Made by a program: the position numbers and the translations under genes. Shown here one piece after another: positions 29,921 to 40,512 of a stretch of DNA of 64,000 bases. Every line of letters begins with the position of its first letter. Within the stretch, counting starts at the first letter, position 1. The notes under the pieces were generated by a model. That model was not told the origin of the DNA. It was given only the letters and a program-made list of their open reading frames with translations, and ran no database searches. Source of the stretch: an uncultured Gammaproteobacteria bacterium (GTDB taxonomy: Bacteria; Patescibacteriota; Microgenomatia; UBA12405; JAHJSD01); NCBI GenBank assembly GCA_964428655.1, contig CAYRYE010000001.1, forward strand, positions 218,258 through 282,257, read 5' to 3'.

Positions 29921-29985
29921 AGTTTTGTTGTAAAATATATCAATTATGTTTATCTGGAAAATGATTTTTTCTAAAGGAGGTTTTT

Positions 29986-31458
29986 ATGATTGGTCAAATT
30001 TCACATCGGATATTTGGTTTGTTTGGAAAACAAAAGAAAAAAATTCCCCCACCCCCAGTAGTTAAAAAAAAGATTAAACCAACTTATAGACCAGAGCCAA
30101 AGTGGGAAAGAAAACATACTCCTAAGAAATCCTTTGAAGAGAGGAAAAATATTGAGCTGTTGAACGAGTTGAAGCGTCGGGAGGTAGAACTGAATAAGAG
30201 AGTTCAATCGCTTGAAGAAAAAGAACGTTACCTTCGCAACAAGGAATTTCGTTTAGATGGGGTAGAGACTCAGACTCAACAAAAACAAAGTAGGATTGAG
30301 GAATTGGAAAAAGAAATAAAAGCGAAGCTGGAGAAGATTTCTGGTTTAAAAGCCAGTGAGGCAAAAGAGCAAGTTATTAAAAATACTGAGAAGAAATTAA
30401 TTGCTTGGACTTCTAAAAAAATTGAGGAGGCAAAAGAAGAGATTAAATCGCGAGAAGAAGAATCAGCTAAAGAGATTTTAATTGATTCTATTAGACATGG
30501 AGTTGTTGATTGGGTAGCGGAATATACTGTTTCTACCATTAGACTTCCTGATGATGAAATCAAGGGTAGAATAATCGGTCGGGAAGGAAGGAATATTAGG
30601 TCTTTTGAAAGGGCTACCGGGGTTGAATTAGAGTTGGATGAAACTAATGACATTAGGCTTTCCTCATTTGATCCAGTGCGCCGTGAGATTGCCAAGATAG
30701 TTCTGCAGAAATTAATTCGGGACGGAAGAATCCAACCTTCAAGAATAGAAGAAGTGGTGGCTCAGACAAAGAAGCAAATGGATAAGATACTTTTAGAAGA
30801 AGGGAAAAAGATTTGTCAGGCAGTAGGCGTTTATCACTTGCCAATTGATTTAATTAAGTTAATTGGCAGATTTAAGTATCGTTTTTCTTATGGTCAGAAT
30901 TTAGCTCAGCACACGATTGAAGAGACAAAGATTGGGATTGCTTTAGCTCAGCAGTTAAAAGTTGATGTTAAGACGGTTCGATTAGGCTGCCTACTGCACG
31001 ATATTGGCAAGGTAATTACTGATGAAGAAGGAAGCCATGTTCAATTAGGAGTGAGTTTACTCAAGCGTCATCAAATACCGGAGAAGGTAATTGCTTGTGT
31101 GGCTGAACACCATGAAGATAAACCCTTTTCTTGTTTAGAGTCCACTGTTGTTTGGATTGCAGATGCCGCTTCCGGCTCCAGGCCTGGAGCTCGCTATGAA
31201 CCTCATGAGGAATATTTAAAGAGAATGGAGGGCATTGAGGAAGTAGTCAACTCTTTTGAAGGAGTTGACAGTGTGGCCGCTTATCAAGCGGGTAGAGAAG
31301 TCAGGGTCATTGTTAAGCCGGAAAAAGTTTCTGATGAAGAATTAAATGTCTTAGTTCAGAAAATAGCTGAAAAACTGGATGAAGAAACCAAATGGGCGGG
31401 ACGGATAAAAATAACTGCTATCAGGGAGAAGAGGGCAACGGCAGTAGTTTCCCGCTAG
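29986..31458 (+). CDS. rny: Ribonuclease Y (KH plus HD domains), Lys/Pro-rich N-terminus without an obvious TM helix
   Basis: KH GREGRNIR; HD LLHDIGK; long coiled-coil N-terminal region. Confidence 0.85.
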   Translation: MIGQISHRIFGLFGKQKKKIPPPPVVKKKIKPTYRPEPKWERKHTPKKSFEERKNIELLNELKRREVELNKRVQSLEEKERYLRNKEFRLDGVETQTQQKQSRIEELEKEIKAKLEKISGLKASEAKEQVIKNTEKKLIAWTSKKIEEAKEEIKSREEESAKEILIDSIRHGVVDWVAEYTVSTIRLPDDEIKGRIIGREGRNIRSFERATGVELELDETNDIRLSSFDPVRREIAKIVLQKLIRDGRIQPSRIEEVVAQTKKQMDKILLEEGKKICQAVGVYHLPIDLIKLIGRFKYRFSYGQNLAQHTIEETKIGIALAQQLKVDVKTVRLGCLLHDIGKVITDEEGSHVQLGVSLLKRHQIPEKVIACVAEHHEDKPFSCLESTVVWIADAASGSRPGARYEPHEEYLKRMEGIEEVVNSFEGVDSVAAYQAGREVRVIVKPEKVSDEELNVLVQKIAEKLDEETKWAGRIKITAIREKRATAVVSR

Positions 31459-31474
31459 TCAGGGAATCTCGAGA

Positions 31475-31503
31475 TTGACAAGTTTGGAAAACACCGGTAA
31501 AAT
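31475..31503 (+). promoter_or_regulatory. Near-consensus sigma70 promoter upstream of the HU gene (TTGACA-17-TAAAAT)
   Basis: Seen directly in the sequence; followed by AAGGAGGTG SD. Confidence 0.55.
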
Positions 31504-31548
31504 GCAATTAATTAACATTTACATTTCTGGAAAGGAGGTGGGTAAGTA

Positions 31549-31821
31549 ATGACAAAAAGGGAGCTAATAGAGATCTTGGCAAAGAAAGCAAAACTTACTA
31601 AAAGAGCAGCGAGAGAAGTAGTTGAAACTTTTCTAGGTGAGATTACCAAAGCTCTTGCCAGAGGTGAAAAAGTTAAGCTTTCTGGATTCGGAGTTTTATT
31701 TACTAAGCTTTTTAAACCTAAAGAGGTGTCGCCGATCGGTGGAGGACCCAAAAAGAAAATTGCTGCTCGAAGAATGCCGCGGTTTACTCCAGGAACGGCT
31801 TTGAAAAGAGCAGTAAAATAG
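31549..31821 (+). CDS. hup: DNA-binding protein HU
   Basis: HU/IHF fold signature (GFGVL..., arm R...P). Confidence 0.88.
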   Translation: MTKRELIEILAKKAKLTKRAAREVVETFLGEITKALARGEKVKLSGFGVLFTKLFKPKEVSPIGGGPKKKIAARRMPRFTPGTALKRAVK

Positions 31822-31889
31822 TTTTCTTAACTTTTACTTAAAAGGTTGTTAATCAGAGAGATGGATTTCTCTGATATGCATTATTAATA

Positions 31890-32873
31890 ATGGATATTAT
31901 TACTGCTTCTCATTTAAAAAAATATTATCGCGTTCATCAAAAGGAGCCTGGGTTGCTGGGAACGTTAAAATCACTAGTTAAGAGAAAATATGAAGAGGTT
32001 AAGGCTGTTGATGATGTTACTTTCAGAATTGCGGAAGGCGAATTAGTTGGTTTTATCGGTCCCAATGGAGCTGGTAAAACAACCACACTGAAGTGTCTCT
32101 CCGGTTTGCTTTATCCTAATAGCGGCTTCATTTCCGTATTAGGTTTTACTCCTTGGGATAGAAGGTCTAATTTTTTAAAACAGATCGCTTTTGTCATGGG
32201 GCAGAAAAACCAACTCTGGTGGGATCTGCCGCCGATGGAAACTTTTTTACTTAACAAAGAGATCTATGAAATCTCCGATTCTAAGTTTAAAAAAACACTG
32301 GGTGAATTAGTAGAGCTTTTGGAGGTTAAAGATGTTTTGAAAATTCAAACCAGGAAATTGTCCCTGGGGCAGAGGATGAAGTGTGAGTTAATTGCCGCCT
32401 TGCTTCATCAGCCCAAGGTTTTGTTTTTAGATGAACCGACAATTGGTTTGGATGTAGTGATGCAAAAAAAGATTCGCGATTTTATTAAAGAATACAATAG
32501 AAAGTGTGAGTCAACTATTATTCTTACTTCCCATTACATGGGCGATATTCAAGAATTGGCTAAAAGAGTAATCATTATTGATAAAGGAAAAATAGTTTTT
32601 GATGGCCAATTAGAAGAGATTACCAAAAAATATGCTGACCACAAGCTTGTCTCAGTTATTTTTAGTAAAAAAGTTGAAAGAAAGGATCTTAAAAAGATTG
32701 GTAAAATTAAAGCGTTCAGTTTTCCCAAGGCGTCATTGATGATAAAAAAAGGAGCTGTTTCTTTAGCGGCTTCAGAATTATTAAAAAAATTCCCGATTGA
32801 AGATTTAAATATTGAGGAGCCGCCAATAGAGGATATTATCCGTGAGTTATTTACTGGCAAAGATTATGCATGA
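31890..32873 (+). CDS. ABC transporter ATP-binding protein (ABC-2 type)
   Basis: Walker A GPNGAGKTT, signature LSLGQRMK, Walker B LFLDEPT. Confidence 0.9.
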   Translation: MDIITASHLKKYYRVHQKEPGLLGTLKSLVKRKYEEVKAVDDVTFRIAEGELVGFIGPNGAGKTTTLKCLSGLLYPNSGFISVLGFTPWDRRSNFLKQIAFVMGQKNQLWWDLPPMETFLLNKEIYEISDSKFKKTLGELVELLEVKDVLKIQTRKLSLGQRMKCELIAALLHQPKVLFLDEPTIGLDVVMQKKIRDFIKEYNRKCESTIILTSHYMGDIQELAKRVIIIDKGKIVFDGQLEEITKKYADHKLVSVIFSKKVERKDLKKIGKIKAFSFPKASLMIKKGAVSLAASELLKKFPIEDLNIEEPPIEDIIRELFTGKDYA

Positions 32874-33652
32874 AAAAATATTTTGCTTTTACAAAATTAA
32901 GTTTTCAAAGAGAACTATTTTATCGGGCTGACTTCTTTTTTTATTTCCTTCGCCAATCCCTTGTGTTTTTAGTTCAGATTTTATTGTTCGGAGTAATTTT
33001 TCGTGAAGAGACAATGATTGTCGGTTATAACTATTCTCAGTTTGTTCAGTATTTCTTAATTATTTATCTGGTTAATCTTATGATTGTGACTGGAGTGGAT
33101 AGTTATTTAGGGGAGATGATCAAAAATGGGGATTTGTCAAAACATTTGATGCGCCCGATCTCTTTTTTTTGGGCGATTTTTTTTCACCAGTGGGGCAAAC
33201 AGATTCATCGGTTGATTTATGTCGGTTTGGTAATTGTCCTGTTTGTTTTTTTAGGATCGGTAAAAATTAGTTTGTGGAAAATTACTCTTTTTGTTTTAAT
33301 TTTGGCGAACGCTACAATTCTATCTTTTCTTTACCGTTTTTTACTGGGGATTTCAGCTTTTTGGCTGGTTAACATTAGTTCAGTTTTGTGGCTTTTCCGT
33401 CAGTCAGCAAGCTTTTTAGGTGGTGGCCACCTGCCACTATCTTTTTTCCCTGAATGGGTAGGTAGACTAATTCGATCTTTGCCTTTTTATTTAACTCTTG
33501 GCTTTCCGGCCGAGTTTTTTCAGGATAAAATTTCATTGAAATTGGTTTTTTGGAATATTCTTCAGCAGTTTGGCTGGGTTCTTCTTTTATTTTGGTTAGT
33601 GGCCATATTATGGAGCAAGGGAGTGAAAGAATATGAGGCAATTGGCAACTGA
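32870..33652 (+). CDS. ABC-2 family permease (paralog type A)
   Basis: Six TM helices; homologous to the ORF at 34455. Confidence 0.75.
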   Translation: MKKYFAFTKLSFQRELFYRADFFFYFLRQSLVFLVQILLFGVIFREETMIVGYNYSQFVQYFLIIYLVNLMIVTGVDSYLGEMIKNGDLSKHLMRPISFFWAIFFHQWGKQIHRLIYVGLVIVLFVFLGSVKISLWKITLFVLILANATILSFLYRFLLGISAFWLVNISSVLWLFRQSASFLGGGHLPLSFFPEWVGRLIRSLPFYLTLGFPAEFFQDKISLKLVFWNILQQFGWVLLLFWLVAILWSKGVKEYEAIGN

Positions 33653-34454
33653 AAAACTAAAAGAGTGGTTGCACAGTTTTAGAGTTTATCTGGTTTGGTT
33701 GCAGATGAGGTGGCTGCGGCATTTGGAGTATCGCTTTAATGCAATTGCCAATTCTTTTGGTTCGCTTTTTTGGGTGGGAATAACATTGTTGACTTATAAT
33801 TTAATTTTTCAAAAAGTGGATTCTTTAGCGGGATGGAGTTGGAACGAGATGCTGGTTCTGTTTGGAGTTTACAATCTTTGGTGGGGTCTGATGGTGACCT
33901 TTTTTAACGGCGGCTTGCGGATTGGCGAACGGGTAAGAAGAGGAGGGATGGATAAAGTATTGCTTTGGCCGGGAAAAGCATTCTTTTATGTCTCAATGAA
34001 ATTTGAACCGGAATTGTTAGTTCACTTTTTAACCGGAGTGATAATATTTGTTATTTCTCTCAATCGAGTCCAAATTAATTTGTCACTTTTTAGTTTTATT
34101 TTGTTTTTTGTTCTTTTATTGAATAGTTTGGCTTTGATTTATTTTGTTTCTATTCTCTTTGGGTCAACAGCCTTTTGGTTTATTGAAAATAGGCAGTTAG
34201 CGGATTTTTTTTGGCTTTGGGAAACTTTGGCGAAATACCCGGGAGAATTCTTTTCCGGCAGCAAGGTGTTGCATTGGGCTGTTTTTACTATCTTGCCGGT
34301 GGTTTTCATTGCCGTGATTCCAACAGAAGTGGTTTTGGGCAAAATTAAATGGGGAACAATTGGAAGCGCGTTTTTAATTACTTTCATTTTTGCGATTTTG
34401 GCTAGGAAAGTTTGGAGAGTGGGTTTAAAAAGATATACTGGAGTATCAATTTAA
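33633..34454 (+). CDS. ABC-2 family permease (paralog type B)
   Basis: Six TM helices; homologous to the ORF at 35259. Confidence 0.75.
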   Translation: MRQLATEKLKEWLHSFRVYLVWLQMRWLRHLEYRFNAIANSFGSLFWVGITLLTYNLIFQKVDSLAGWSWNEMLVLFGVYNLWWGLMVTFFNGGLRIGERVRRGGMDKVLLWPGKAFFYVSMKFEPELLVHFLTGVIIFVISLNRVQINLSLFSFILFFVLLLNSLALIYFVSILFGSTAFWFIENRQLADFFWLWETLAKYPGEFFSGSKVLHWAVFTILPVVFIAVIPTEVVLGKIKWGTIGSAFLITFIFAILARKVWRVGLKRYTGVSI

Positions 34455-35255
34455 ATGAAAAAGTACTGGCTTATTTTCAAACTAACTTTAATGGAGTATT
34501 TTGTCTATCGGCTTAATTTTCTTTTGTGGCGGTTTCGGAGCGTAGTTTCTTTTTTGACCTTAGTGTTTTTTTGGCAGGCAATTTATGGAATCCGGCAGGA
34601 AGTTTTTGGTTATCAAAAATCTCAAATGCTGACTTATATTATTGGGATTACTTTTCTCCGAGGGATTGTTTTTGGCAGCAGAACAGCGGATTTAGCCGGA
34701 ATGATTAAAAGTGGCGATGTGGTTAATAAATTTTTAACTCGACCATGGAATGTGATTAAGGCTTGGTTTTTCCGAGATTTAGCAGCCAAATTTTTAGATA
34801 CGCTTTTTGTTTTTCTAGAATTAAGTTTAATACTCCGGTTTATTAGTCTGCCTTTCTATTTGCCGAAAGATTGGCGGTTCTTATTACTTTTTGGAATAAG
34901 TTGTTTGTTGTCAATAGTTCTTTACTTTTTTATTAACTTTTTCTTTTCAATCATTGCCTTTTGGATTGATAATATTTGGGCGCCGCGTTGGCTTTTTGGA
35001 GTGATTTTTTTGGAATTTATGTCAGGAGCCTTCTTCCCTTTGGATGTTTTACCAAAAACATTATTTAATTTTATTAAATTAACCCCATTTCCTTACTTGA
35101 TTTACTTCCCGATTAAGATTTACTTGGGCCAAGTTGATGTTTTAGGAACAATTAAGATATTAGGACTGATGTTTTTTTGGTTGTGTTTAATTTTGCCTTT
35201 AACTAATTTAGTTTGGAAAAAAGGGTTAAAAGCTTATTCTGCTTATGGCGGTTAG
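34455..35255 (+). CDS. ABC-2 family permease (type A')
   Basis: N-terminus (MKKYWLIFKLTLMEYFVYR) parallels the permease at 32870. Confidence 0.75.
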   Translation: MKKYWLIFKLTLMEYFVYRLNFLLWRFRSVVSFLTLVFFWQAIYGIRQEVFGYQKSQMLTYIIGITFLRGIVFGSRTADLAGMIKSGDVVNKFLTRPWNVIKAWFFRDLAAKFLDTLFVFLELSLILRFISLPFYLPKDWRFLLLFGISCLLSIVLYFFINFFFSIIAFWIDNIWAPRWLFGVIFLEFMSGAFFPLDVLPKTLFNFIKLTPFPYLIYFPIKIYLGQVDVLGTIKILGLMFFWLCLILPLTNLVWKKGLKAYSAYGG

Positions 35256-35258
35256 ACA

Positions 35259-36044
35259 ATGAAGAGAATAATTAAGATCTGGTTTTTAATGGCTAAAATG
35301 GTTGTTTTGCCTGATTTGGTTAATCCTGGAGCGTCAATATTATTTATTGTTGGCAAAGTGGTTAGATTTGGCTTCTTTTTTATTTTTTTATTCTCTGTTC
35401 TTTCCGGCGCCGGCAGTCTGGCCGGTTATTCGCGAGAGGAAGTGATTTTGTTTTTTTTGGTTTTCAACCTGATTGATATCACTGTTCAGTTTGTTTTTCG
35501 CGGCGTTTATCATTTTCGCCCGTTAGTGGTTTCCGGCAGCTATGATTTGGATTTGTTAAAGCCGTTGCCTTCTTTTTTACGGCCTCTTTTCGGTCATGTT
35601 GATATTCTCGATTTTGTTACTCTTGTGCCATTAGCAGGATTTACATTTTGGTTTACAGTTAAACATAATTTGGCAAGCGGGCCTGCTAATATGGGTGTCT
35701 TTATCGTTCTTTTTTTGGCGAGCTTGCTTTTAGGATTTGCTTTTCATCTTTTTGTTTGTTCAATTTGTATTTTAACTACCGAGATTGACCATTTAATTTG
35801 GATTTATCGAGATTTAACCGCTATGGCTAGATTTCCAACTGATATTTATCAAGGCTTGGTCAAATTTGTTTTAACTTTTGTTATTCCTGTTGTTTTATTG
35901 ATTACTTTTCCAGCTAAGGGGTTATTAGGATTGCTCTCTGCCAAAGCAATTTTGTCAGCTTTATTTATTGGTATTTTATTCGCCTATTTTTCCTTAAGGT
36001 TTTGGTATTTTAGTTTGCGCCGCTACACCAGCGCCAGCAGTTAA
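35259..36044 (+). CDS. ABC-2 family permease (type B')
   Basis: Polytopic membrane protein paralogous to the permease at 33633. Confidence 0.75.
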   Translation: MKRIIKIWFLMAKMVVLPDLVNPGASILFIVGKVVRFGFFFIFLFSVLSGAGSLAGYSREEVILFFLVFNLIDITVQFVFRGVYHFRPLVVSGSYDLDLLKPLPSFLRPLFGHVDILDFVTLVPLAGFTFWFTVKHNLASGPANMGVFIVLFLASLLLGFAFHLFVCSICILTTEIDHLIWIYRDLTAMARFPTDIYQGLVKFVLTFVIPVVLLITFPAKGLLGLLSAKAILSALFIGILFAYFSLRFWYFSLRRYTSASS

Positions 36045-36067
36045 TTTGTTATACTTTTTTTAAATCA

Positions 36068-36652
36068 ATGAAGAAGGACAAGTTTTTTTTGTTTATCATT
36101 GTTTTCCTATTTTTCCTGGAGAATATTCTGTACTTTCATTATTTTTTCTTGAATCGGAAAAAAGGAGTGGTTCTTTCTTCATTAACTTATTCTGATAATT
36201 GTAGTTTGGATTGTCAGGAAATGATGGATGAAAAGATCAATAGAGCTTTGGCAAGAATTTCCGGGAGTTATTCTGGGGGGCCCAAATCAACTTCTATTAG
36301 TTATATTCCTTTGGGTGATGGCGGTTTAACTATTTCTCATGATTGGGTTCTTATTGAGGGTTCACAGTTTGTTTTTGATCTTAATGATTATCCTTCTGGA
36401 ACAAGGGTTTATTGGGAGGGAAATTTAAAAGCTCGGCACAGTAATAGCCGCTGTTATGCCAGAATTTATGATAAAGATAATTTTAGAGAAGTAGATTATT
36501 CCCGCCAGTCTACTGATAAAACCAGTTTTGAATCTTTGAAAAGTAATTCTTTAAGAATTTGGGCTGGAAACAATCACTATCAATTAGAAATTAAGTCATT
36601 AAATGGTATTCCTTGCTACTTAGAAACCCCAAGGCTTATTGTCAAGTATTGA
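36068..36652 (+). CDS. Hypothetical protein with an N-terminal signal-anchor (exported), downstream of the ABC-2 cluster
   Basis: Hydrophobic N-terminus FLFIIVFLFFL; no recognisable family. Confidence 0.55.
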   Translation: MKKDKFFLFIIVFLFFLENILYFHYFFLNRKKGVVLSSLTYSDNCSLDCQEMMDEKINRALARISGSYSGGPKSTSISYIPLGDGGLTISHDWVLIEGSQFVFDLNDYPSGTRVYWEGNLKARHSNSRCYARIYDKDNFREVDYSRQSTDKTSFESLKSNSLRIWAGNNHYQLEIKSLNGIPCYLETPRLIVKY

Positions 36653-36717
36653 TTATTGCTATAATAGAAAGATTAGAGAGATTTACTCTCCTGCTCCTTT
36701 TGTTTTTACTCTAAAAT

Positions 36718-37053
36718 ATGGAATCTGATGAGGTTAACCGAGTTTGTGCCGCCTGGTGGCAAGAAGAGTATGAAGCGACTAGGGAAGAGGTGCTTGCGGA
36801 AGACCCTGTCGCTAGAGAGTGCACTTATGTGACTTTCGTAAGTCGTTCTAATGGTCGTGGTCGATCGCGAAGGAGACCTAGGAGCGTTGAATTAATAGGT
36901 TATGGTGGACGCCATTATTCAATTAGAAAAGATGGGCCTCATAGCCCACTTGATGTGATTGCTGACGAAGTATTGGGCGAATCTGTTCCTTCTAATGAAA
37001 GGTATGATAAGTTTTTGCAACGTGTTCGAAAAGTGCCGAGGCGACGGCGTTAA
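36718..37053 (+). CDS. Arg-rich hypothetical ORF (111 aa) in a GC-enriched patch; may instead be a structured RNA
   Basis: No SD; extended -10 TGCTATAAT at about 36659; GC content visibly above the neighbours. Confidence 0.3.
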   Translation: MESDEVNRVCAAWWQEEYEATREEVLAEDPVARECTYVTFVSRSNGRGRSRRRPRSVELIGYGGRHYSIRKDGPHSPLDVIADEVLGESVPSNERYDKFLQRVRKVPRRRR

Positions 37054-37068
37054 AGTGTCATAAGCTTC

Positions 37069-37566
37069 ATGGGTTATAATGAATTAATGATTATTTTAGG
37101 AATAGACCCTGGTTTGGCTTCTACCGGCTGGGCGATTTTGAAGAAAGGGAAAGAACCAAGACTACTTGGTTATGGCTGTATTAAAACCGGTAAAGAAGAA
37201 AATTTCAGTGAAAGACTTTGTTTTATTTTTCATGAGGTGAAGAAATTAATTTTAAAAGCAAAGCCCCAGGCAATGGCAATAGAAGAAATATTTTTTGCCA
37301 AGAATATAAAAACGGCCATTAAAATAGCCCAGGTAATGGGTGTAATTAAAGTGGCTTGCAAAGAATCCGGCATGCCTGTTTTTGAATATACGCCTTTGAA
37401 TGTAAAAATGACCATTACGGGCTACGGCAGAGCAGATAAAAATCAAGTTGAAATTATGGTTTCCAAAATACTTAACTTGAAAAAAAAAGTTAAACCAAGC
37501 CATGCCGCTGATGCAGTGGCAGTTTCATTGACTCATCTTTTTACAAATTCCCAACTAAAGGTATAA
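37069..37566 (+). CDS. ruvC: Holliday junction resolvase RuvC (likely true start at 37087, MIILGIDPG)
   Basis: ILGIDPGL...; catalytic D/E/D/D pattern. Confidence 0.9.
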   Translation: MGYNELMIILGIDPGLASTGWAILKKGKEPRLLGYGCIKTGKEENFSERLCFIFHEVKKLILKAKPQAMAIEEIFFAKNIKTAIKIAQVMGVIKVACKESGMPVFEYTPLNVKMTITGYGRADKNQVEIMVSKILNLKKKVKPSHAADAVAVSLTHLFTNSQLKV

Positions 37567-37575
37567 TTAAAAGTA

Positions 37576-38154
37576 ATGATTAGTAGTATAAGAGGAAGAA
37601 TTATTCACAAGGGGATTGATAGAATAGAGATTGATACCAATGGCATTGGTTGGGAAGTTTTTCTTTCTAAAAACGGGCTTTCAAAAGTGGTAATGGATGA
37701 AGAAATAGAAATTTTTACTTTTCATCATCTTGCTGAAGGATGCGATCTTCTCTATGGCTTTCTCTCCAGGAGAGATAAGCGCGTTTTTGAAATGCTGCTT
37801 TCTGTTTCAGGCATCGGGCCCAAAATATCAATGGAAATTTTTTCTGTTGGCAATGGAGATAGAATTTTGCGGGCTGTTTCAGAAGCTGATGTGGAATTTT
37901 TTCAGCAGGTAAAAGGTCTTGGGCGCAAAGGCGCTCAGCGAATTATTGTTGATTTAAAATCAAAGGTCGGCAATATTAAAGAACTTGATTTAAAAGCTGA
38001 AGAGGGGGGTAATGAGATTATTTATCAAGCCCTCCAGGGTTTGGGCTTTACCAGGAAAGAAATTTCCCGATCATTGAGAGAACTCCCTGAAAATTTGCAA
38101 TCTGAAGACGAAATAATTAAATATGCTTTAAAGCAATTGGGAAAAAGTGGATAA
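37576..38154 (+). CDS. ruvA: Holliday junction branch-migration protein RuvA
   Basis: OB domain plus tandem HhH (GIGPK). Confidence 0.88.
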   Translation: MISSIRGRIIHKGIDRIEIDTNGIGWEVFLSKNGLSKVVMDEEIEIFTFHHLAEGCDLLYGFLSRRDKRVFEMLLSVSGIGPKISMEIFSVGNGDRILRAVSEADVEFFQQVKGLGRKGAQRIIVDLKSKVGNIKELDLKAEEGGNEIIYQALQGLGFTRKEISRSLRELPENLQSEDEIIKYALKQLGKSG

Positions 38155-39136
38155 CGAAAATATTGAAAAAACTCTTCGTCCCCAAAAATTGGCTGATTTT
38201 GTTGGCCAGGAGGATTTGAAGAAACAACTAAAAATTATTCTTGGCGCAGCTCGGAAAAGGGGAGAATCCCTGGACCACTTGCTATTTTATGGTCCTCCGG
38301 GATTGGGAAAAACAACTCTATCTAATCTTATTGCCAAGGAAATGGGAGTGAATATTAGAGTAACTTCGGGTCCGGCGATTCAGCGAGCCGGCGACTTGGC
38401 TTCAATTTTAACCTCGTTGGAAAAAGGAGACATATTTTTTATTGATGAGGTTCACCGTTTAAATAAAGCAGTAGAAGAAACGCTCTATCCGGCCATGGAA
38501 GATTTTCGTCTTGATGTTGTTTTGGGTAGAGGTCCGGCCGCCAGGACTTTAAGATTGGAGCTAAACAGGTTTACGATTATTGCAGCCACTACCAGGATTG
38601 GCCTTCTTTCTTCGCCAATGAGGGATCGTTTTGGTTTTGTTCATCGCCTTAGTTTTTATGACAGAGAAGAGTTGAAAAAGATAATTATTCGTTCGGCCAA
38701 GGTTTTGAAAATTGGCATTAAAGATGAAGCCGCCTTGGAAATTTCAAGGCGATCTCGGGGTACTCCAAGAATAGCCAATAGGCTATTGAGAAGAGTTCGG
38801 GATTTTGCTGAAATCGAAGCAGACGGGGTGATAACTTTAGAGGTGGCCAAAAGCGCTTTGAAAATACTGGCAGTTGACAATAAAGGCTTAACCGAGGCCG
38901 ATCGACAGTTATTAAGAGCTTTAGCAGAAAAGCATTCTGGTGGACCGGTAGGCATTGAAACTCTGGCCGCCATTATTAATGAGGATGTTGGCACAGTGGA
39001 GGCAGTTTACGAACCCTTTTTGCTCCAAGTTGGCTTTTTGAAAAGAACTCCTCGGGGAAGAGTGCTTACTCCCGAAGCATTTAAGTTTCTAAATATTCCC
39101 CTCCCAGAACAGCTAAAACAAAAAGAGTTATTTTGA
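38147..39136 (+). CDS. ruvB: Holliday junction ATP-dependent helicase RuvB
   Basis: AAA+ motifs [15 protein letters not shown]; C-terminal winged helix. Confidence 0.95.
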   Translation: MDNENIEKTLRPQKLADFVGQEDLKKQLKIILGAARKRGESLDHLLFYGPPGLGKTTLSNLIAKEMGVNIRVTSGPAIQRAGDLASILTSLEKGDIFFIDEVHRLNKAVEETLYPAMEDFRLDVVLGRGPAARTLRLELNRFTIIAATTRIGLLSSPMRDRFGFVHRLSFYDREELKKIIIRSAKVLKIGIKDEAALEISRRSRGTPRIANRLLRRVRDFAEIEADGVITLEVAKSALKILAVDNKGLTEADRQLLRALAEKHSGGPVGIETLAAIINEDVGTVEAVYEPFLLQVGFLKRTPRGRVLTPEAFKFLNIPLPEQLKQKELF

Positions 39137-39224
39137 TTGGCAACACCGGGAAACTTTACTTATTTCACCTAATACTTCATTCAATCTCCTAGCTTTATAA
39201 GATGAGTTTGAATATAATTTAAAT

Positions 39225-39659
39225 ATGGGGAGAATACCATTTAAAGAATTTAAATATATTTTTAGCAAAGTTCCGAGAACAACAGCGGAAGTGGTCTTGG
39301 TAAAGAATGGTGGAATAGCGCTTACATTACGGAATATCAATCCCTACAAGGGTCTTTGGCACACTCCAGGTGGAACTTTGTTTTATAAAGAAAAAGTTGA
39401 GGATGCTGTTAAAAGGATTGCGAAGGATGAATTGGGAGTTGAAGTAGCAATAGACAAGTTTCTTGGTTATTGGGAAGTACCTGAGTGGGCCCAACCTAAT
39501 GGTTTTGGCCACGCGGTTAGTTTAGCTCATCAAGTGCGATTGGTTTCTGGTGATCTTAATGTTAATAAACAGGCTTCAGAAGTGAGAGTTTTTCAAAAAC
39601 TACCCACAAATATGATCAAAGAACAAAAAGAATTTTTGGAAAAGAAATATGGGCTATGA
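39225..39659 (+). CDS. Nudix hydrolase
   Basis: Nudix box GG.L...E...A..RE..EE.G. Confidence 0.7.
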   Translation: MGRIPFKEFKYIFSKVPRTTAEVVLVKNGGIALTLRNINPYKGLWHTPGGTLFYKEKVEDAVKRIAKDELGVEVAIDKFLGYWEVPEWAQPNGFGHAVSLAHQVRLVSGDLNVNKQASEVRVFQKLPTNMIKEQKEFLEKKYGL

Positions 39660-39722
39660 AGAGAGTGTTGACAATGGCCAAAAGAGTGTTTTGGAATTAA
39701 GGGGTGGTCTGCCCATGAAACT

Positions 39723-40436
39723 ATGGGTGCTTGTATGGGAGAACGATTAAGGAAACCTGAAATATTAAATTCTCTGGTTCAGCAGAGCTATTCTTTTGAA
39801 TTGTTGTCTCAAATAGATTTATCTCATATCCTTGGCCATTTAATTTCAAGTGGGAGATTAACAGAATTAGGCAGAGAATTTTATATTGATATAAAAGAAC
39901 TTCAAGAATTTCCATTATTAAGGGATTCTCCTCGTGTTGTATTTGCACGCTCTTTAGCGGAAGCAAGAGCAGCAACAAATCAGCTTTTAATAGAAGCTTC
40001 TGGTTTCGTTGGTTATATTACTGGTGGTCTTGAAGGTGGTTTTCTTCAAATTATGTTAAACGGTTTAGTAGCTGGTGGGGAAATAGACACCTTCATCATT
40101 GGCCTCGAAGAAGAAAAATATGTTGCTTCTAAAGGAAGAGGGCCACTTTTTTCTACGCAAGAAAAAGCTTCTTTGTGGATGCAACTGGCTCCAGATAATA
40201 GTGTATTATTTATAATTCCTCCAAGACCAGAGTCAATGTCGCCCGATGATTATTACGATTGGATTTCGGAGTATTTAGGTGTTTTCAAAAATGGTCAAGT
40301 AATTTACTTTGAGTCAAGAGATGACCCCTTCGAAATTATTGCTGCCCACCTTCGAAGAGCCGCCTCGCCAAATCACATTTTATCTGTTTCTTTGGGCGAG
40401 CCTCCTCTTCATGCGTCTGAATTACTAGCCAAATAA
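39723..40436 (+). CDS. Hypothetical protein (237 aa)
   Basis: ORF with plausible coding composition; no recognisable family. Confidence 0.5.
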   Translation: MGACMGERLRKPEILNSLVQQSYSFELLSQIDLSHILGHLISSGRLTELGREFYIDIKELQEFPLLRDSPRVVFARSLAEARAATNQLLIEASGFVGYITGGLEGGFLQIMLNGLVAGGEIDTFIIGLEEEKYVASKGRGPLFSTQEKASLWMQLAPDNSVLFIIPPRPESMSPDDYYDWISEYLGVFKNGQVIYFESRDDPFEIIAAHLRRAASPNHILSVSLGEPPLHASELLAK

Positions 40437-40512
40437 GCTGTTTCGAATAATACTTACGATGGGGAACCGAATAGACCAAAGGGGTTCGAACATAGTCCAG
40501 CCCGGGGAGTAT

